This document shows, one piece after another, positions 25,088-27,976 of a stretch of 27,976 bases of DNA. The number at the start of each line of letters is the position of its first letter. Positions within the stretch are counted from its first letter, which is position 1. The position numbers and the translations under genes are program-made. The stretch spans positions 1-27,976 of the forward strand of contig JBQTGV010000037.1 of assembly GCA_052390515.1 (NCBI GenBank), given 5' to 3'. This DNA comes from Candidatus Eiseniibacteriota bacterium. Lineage in GTDB: Bacteria; ARS69. The notes beneath the pieces are model-generated. The model was given only the letters and a program-made list of their open reading frames with translations. It made no database searches and was not told the DNA's origin.

Positions 25088-25235
25088 GCGCTTCGGATCG
25101 AATGCCGGAGAAGGCCTCGCTCAACCTCGCTCGGCGTCCATGCCTCGCTCGGACCGGCGAAGCCTTCTTTCGCCGTCTGTGGCTACAGCGCGGCGGCGAC
25201 GACGCTCGGCCTTCTCCGACCTTCTCCCGAAGCGC
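25088..25235 (-). repeat. Structured intergenic repeat, copy 2 (upstream of rfbA)
   Basis: Same conserved blocks as 10084-10170, enclosed by cggagaaggcc/ggccttctccg (11 bp) and gcgcttcgg/ccgaagcgc (9 bp) inverted repeats. Confidence 0.85.
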
Positions 25236-25242
25236 TCGCCCC

Positions 25243-26034
25243 TCACCCATCGAACAACCTCCTCCACAGCGTACGAGGCCCGCCACGTCGCGGGAGGGTC
25301 ACCGGCTCGACGCGGATGTCCTCGCCGCGCGCGATGCTCCAGGGCCTTCCGCTGGTGAGCCGCTCGGCCTCCTCCTCGCCGACGATCTCCGCGGCGGCGC
25401 GCCTCCCCCGGTCCAGACAGAACGGCCGCCGGCGCTCCACGCCGTGCGCGTCCGAAGCGAGAACGTGCGCCGCGCCGGCTTCCAGCAGCTCCACCGCGCA
25501 GGACTGCGCGGCGTCGCCGAGCGTGCCGAGGACGCTGCCGGCGTTCACCTGCAGCAGGGCGCCGGCGGCGATCCAGTCGGCGAGCGGCGCCGGATCCACC
25601 TGCACGTCCCGGTTCCGCTCCGGATGAGCGATCACCGCCACCCTCCCTCTCCGCGAGAGCGCCTCGACGGCCTCGAGGACGTTTCCGGGCGCCTCGCGCA
25701 TCGAGAAATCGAACAGAACATAGCGGCCGGGGCTCCCCAGCGGAACCGCGTTCTCCGCGAACCGCTCCGCGCCCATCTCCTCGGCGAGGAAGTTCTCCGC
25801 GCCGGGAAAGACCTCGAGCCCGATCTTCTCCTGCCGGAGCGCGGCCACGAGCTTGGGATGCTCGGTGGCCAGGAGCGCCGTGGACGTGTCGAACAGGCCT
25901 TCGCCGAGGTGCGACGTGGCGCAGACGGCCCGGCAGCCGGTCGCCAGGGCCGCCCGCGCCATGGCGAAGGCATCGGCGAGATCCACGGCACCGTCGTCCA
26001 CTCCGGGGAGGATGTGACAGTGGAGGTCGAGCAT
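25243..26034 (-). CDS. PHP-family tyrosine-protein phosphatase (CpsB/CapC/YwqE-like)
   Basis: DLHCHILPGVDDGA, ATSH, GAEN, IAHPERN, LQVNAGS, LASDAH. Confidence 0.92.
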   Translation of the reverse strand: MLDLHCHILPGVDDGAVDLADAFAMARAALATGCRAVCATSHLGEGLFDTSTALLATEHPKLVAALRQEKIGLEVFPGAENFLAEEMGAERFAENAVPLGSPGRYVLFDFSMREAPGNVLEAVEALSRRGRVAVIAHPERNRDVQVDPAPLADWIAAGALLQVNAGSVLGTLGDAAQSCAVELLEAGAAHVLASDAHGVERRRPFCLDRGRRAAAEIVGEEEAERLTSGRPWSIARGEDIRVEPVTLPRRGGPRTLWRRLFDG

Positions 26035-27976
26035 CAGGAGAGCAGCTCCGCGACCATGCGGGGCACGGCCTCCAGCGCGTCGGCCAGTTTCGCCGGGTCC
26101 TTCGCTCCGGCCGTGGCGAGGTGCGGCTTGCCCCCGCCACCTCCGCCGGCGAGCGCGGCCACCTTGCCCACGAGGTCCCCCGCCTTGAGCCGGCCGGCCT
26201 TGACCACGTCGTCCGAGACCGCCGCCACCAGCGCGACCTTGCCCTCCATCTCGGCGCCGAGCACGACGACCGTGGCCGGCCCCGAGCCGCGCAGCTTGTC
26301 GCCGAGGTCCCGGAGAGCGTCCCGCGTCTCGACCGGAGCCCGACCGGCGATGACCCGATGCCCCGCGACCTGCTTCGCCGAGGCGGCCAGCGAGTCCGCC
26401 GCTCCGCCCGCGAGCACGCCCTCGAGCTCCTCCACACGGCGGCGAAGCCGCTTCAAGTCATTCTGGAGCTCCTCGATCTTTCTCGAGGAATCCTCGGGGG
26501 TTGCCCTGAGCACCCGAGCCACCGCCGCGAGCTCCGCACGGAGCGCCCGCACGCTCCGGAGGGATGCAGTCCCGGCCAGCGCGGTGACCCGCCGGACCCC
26601 CGCGGCTACCGAGCTCTCGGACACGAGCGTCACCAGCCCGAGCTCTCCCGTGGCGCGTACGTGGGTCCCTCCGCAGAGCTCGCGGGAGGGTCCCATCGTC
26701 ACCATGCGGACGACGTCGCCGTACTTGTCGCCGAAGAACGCGAGCGCGCCCTTCTCGACGGCCTGGCGGTAGGGCAGCTCCTCCGCCGTGACGCGGTGAT
26801 CGGCCAGCGCGAGCTCGGCCACGCGGTCCTCGACGGCGGCCATCTCGTCGGGCCGCAGCGCCTCGCCGTGGCTGAAGTCGAACCGCAGGTGCTCGGGTGC
26901 TACGAGCGAGCCCTTCTGCCCCACGTGCTTGCCGAGCACCTCGCGCAACGCGTGGTGCACCAGGTGCGTCGCGGAGTGGTGCGCGGCGATCTCCCCGCGG
27001 CGCGTGGCGTCGACGCGCTGCCGGACGGACTGTCCGCTCCCGAGCTCGCCCTGCTCGACGACCCCGAAGTGCACGAGGATCTCCCCGCCCGCAGCCTTCT
27101 GCGTGTCCTCGACGCGGACGCGGCCGCCGGGGGTCTCGATCTCGCCGGTGTCTCCGACCTGTCCGCCGGCTTCGCCGTAGAAGGGCGAGGCGCGCATCAC
27201 CACCGCCACGGCCGCGCCCTCTGCGGCCCGCTCCGCCGCGGCGAGCCCGTTCTCTCCCGCCACGGCAACCGCAATCACCTCGGATTCGCCCTCCAGCGTA
27301 TCGTAGCCGGTGAAGCGCGTGGCGCCGAGCTCGGCGCGCCGCGGGGCGAGAAACGCATCCGCCGCGCCCTTCTCCCCGCCGCCCTTCCAGCTCGCACGGC
27401 TGCGCGCGCGCTGCGCTTCCATCGCCGCGAAGTACCCGGCCTCGTCCACCGAGAAGCCGCGGCGCACGCCGACCGACGCGGTCAGCTCCAGGGGACACCC
27501 GTACGTGTCATAGAGCCGGAACGCCACGTCGCCCCTCAACGTGCGAACGGCCCCACTCCCGCTCCAAACGCGTGGGTCCTCGATCTGGCGAAGGAGGTCG
27601 TCGATCCGCCGCATTCCCTCCTCCACGGTGCGAAGGAAGAGCGTCTCCTCGGCCTCCGCGGCGCGGTGCACGGCCGTGGCCCGCTCGAGCAGCAGCGGGT
27701 GCGCGTCGCCCATCGTCTGGCTGACGGCCGCGACCACCTCGGCGAGGAACGGCCGGTCCATCCCGAGCAGCACGCCGTGGCTCACCGCCCGGCGCATGAT
27801 CTTGCGCAGCACGTAGCCGCGACCGGTCTTGTCCGGATTCACGTCGTCGGCCAGCAGGAACGCGGTCGCGCGCGCATGATCGGCGATGACCCGCATCGAG
27901 ACCGACTCCTCGGAGCCGTCCGCCGCGTACCGGCGCCCGACGATGCGCTCGATCCGCGCGAGCAGCGCGCGGAACA
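26034..27976 (-). CDS. alaS: Alanine--tRNA ligase, partial (N-terminus outside window)
   Basis: IADHAR, RGYVLRKIMRRA, FRLYDTYG, PFYGEAGGQVGDTG, HSATHL, QKGSLV, ELCGGTHV, AAGVRR, GGGGGKP; frame stays open to the window edge. Confidence 0.99.
   Translation of the reverse strand, partial: FRALLARIERIVGRRYAADGSEESVSMRVIADHARATAFLLADDVNPDKTGRGYVLRKIMRRAVSHGVLLGMDRPFLAEVVAAVSQTMGDAHPLLLERATAVHRAAEAEETLFLRTVEEGMRRIDDLLRQIEDPRVWSGSGAVRTLRGDVAFRLYDTYGCPLELTASVGVRRGFSVDEAGYFAAMEAQRARSRASWKGGGEKGAADAFLAPRRAELGATRFTGYDTLEGESEVIAVAVAGENGLAAAERAAEGAAVAVVMRASPFYGEAGGQVGDTGEIETPGGRVRVEDTQKAAGGEILVHFGVVEQGELGSGQSVRQRVDATRRGEIAAHHSATHLVHHALREVLGKHVGQKGSLVAPEHLRFDFSHGEALRPDEMAAVEDRVAELALADHRVTAEELPYRQAVEKGALAFFGDKYGDVVRMVTMGPSRELCGGTHVRATGELGLVTLVSESSVAAGVRRVTALAGTASLRSVRALRAELAAVARVLRATPEDSSRKIEELQNDLKRLRRRVEELEGVLAGGAADSLAASAKQVAGHRVIAGRAPVETRDALRDLGDKLRGSGPATVVVLGAEMEGKVALVAAVSDDVVKAGRLKAGDLVGKVAALAGGGGGGKPHLATAGAKDPAKLADALEAVPRMVAELLS

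Noticed and set aside
23962-26772. 936-aa plus-strand ORF
   Set aside because: Antisense shadow of rfbA, the phosphatase and alaS; no recognisable motifs; long stop-free frames are expected at this GC content.
1-27976. CRISPR array, prophage, defence system, transposase or reverse transcriptase
   Set aside because: No regularly spaced repeats or matching protein motifs seen; nearly all the sequence is accounted for by housekeeping and glycan genes.

Overview
GC-rich (roughly 70% by eye) bacterial chromosomal window, mostly transcribed on the minus strand. The left half is a conserved housekeeping run: udk, a UbiA-type polyprenyl-phosphate phosphoribosyltransferase, ispE, tRNA-Gln(UUG), prs, rplY, pth, rpsF, ssb, rpsR, a DUF2232 protein, rplI, a parvulin/TPR lipoprotein, a DUF151 nuclease and a partial lipoprotein. 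The right half, downstream of alaS, is a surface-glycan locus: a PHP/CpsB phosphatase, long-form rmlA, rmlD, a sulfotransferase/coiled-coil/GT2 fusion, a GT8-like enzyme, an inverted GT2-GT4-methyltransferase-GT9 block, a Wzm/Wzt ABC exporter, gmhA, a WcaJ-type priming transferase and an SMR/ArnE-like flippase. I saw no transposase, phage gene or CRISPR array. The most notable unexplained signals are: (1) an 87-88 nt intergenic element present twice, upstream of udk and of rmlA, with identical sequence blocks and spacing but hairpins whose sequence is replaced while pairing is kept; (2) a putative sulfate-capping, molecular-ruler glycan polymerase paired with a Wzt that lacks a carbohydrate-binding module; (3) CTAG-associated MITE-like hairpins; and (4) back-to-back promoters that appear to drive leaderless transcripts. 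All calls come from reading motifs by eye; no database searches were run.
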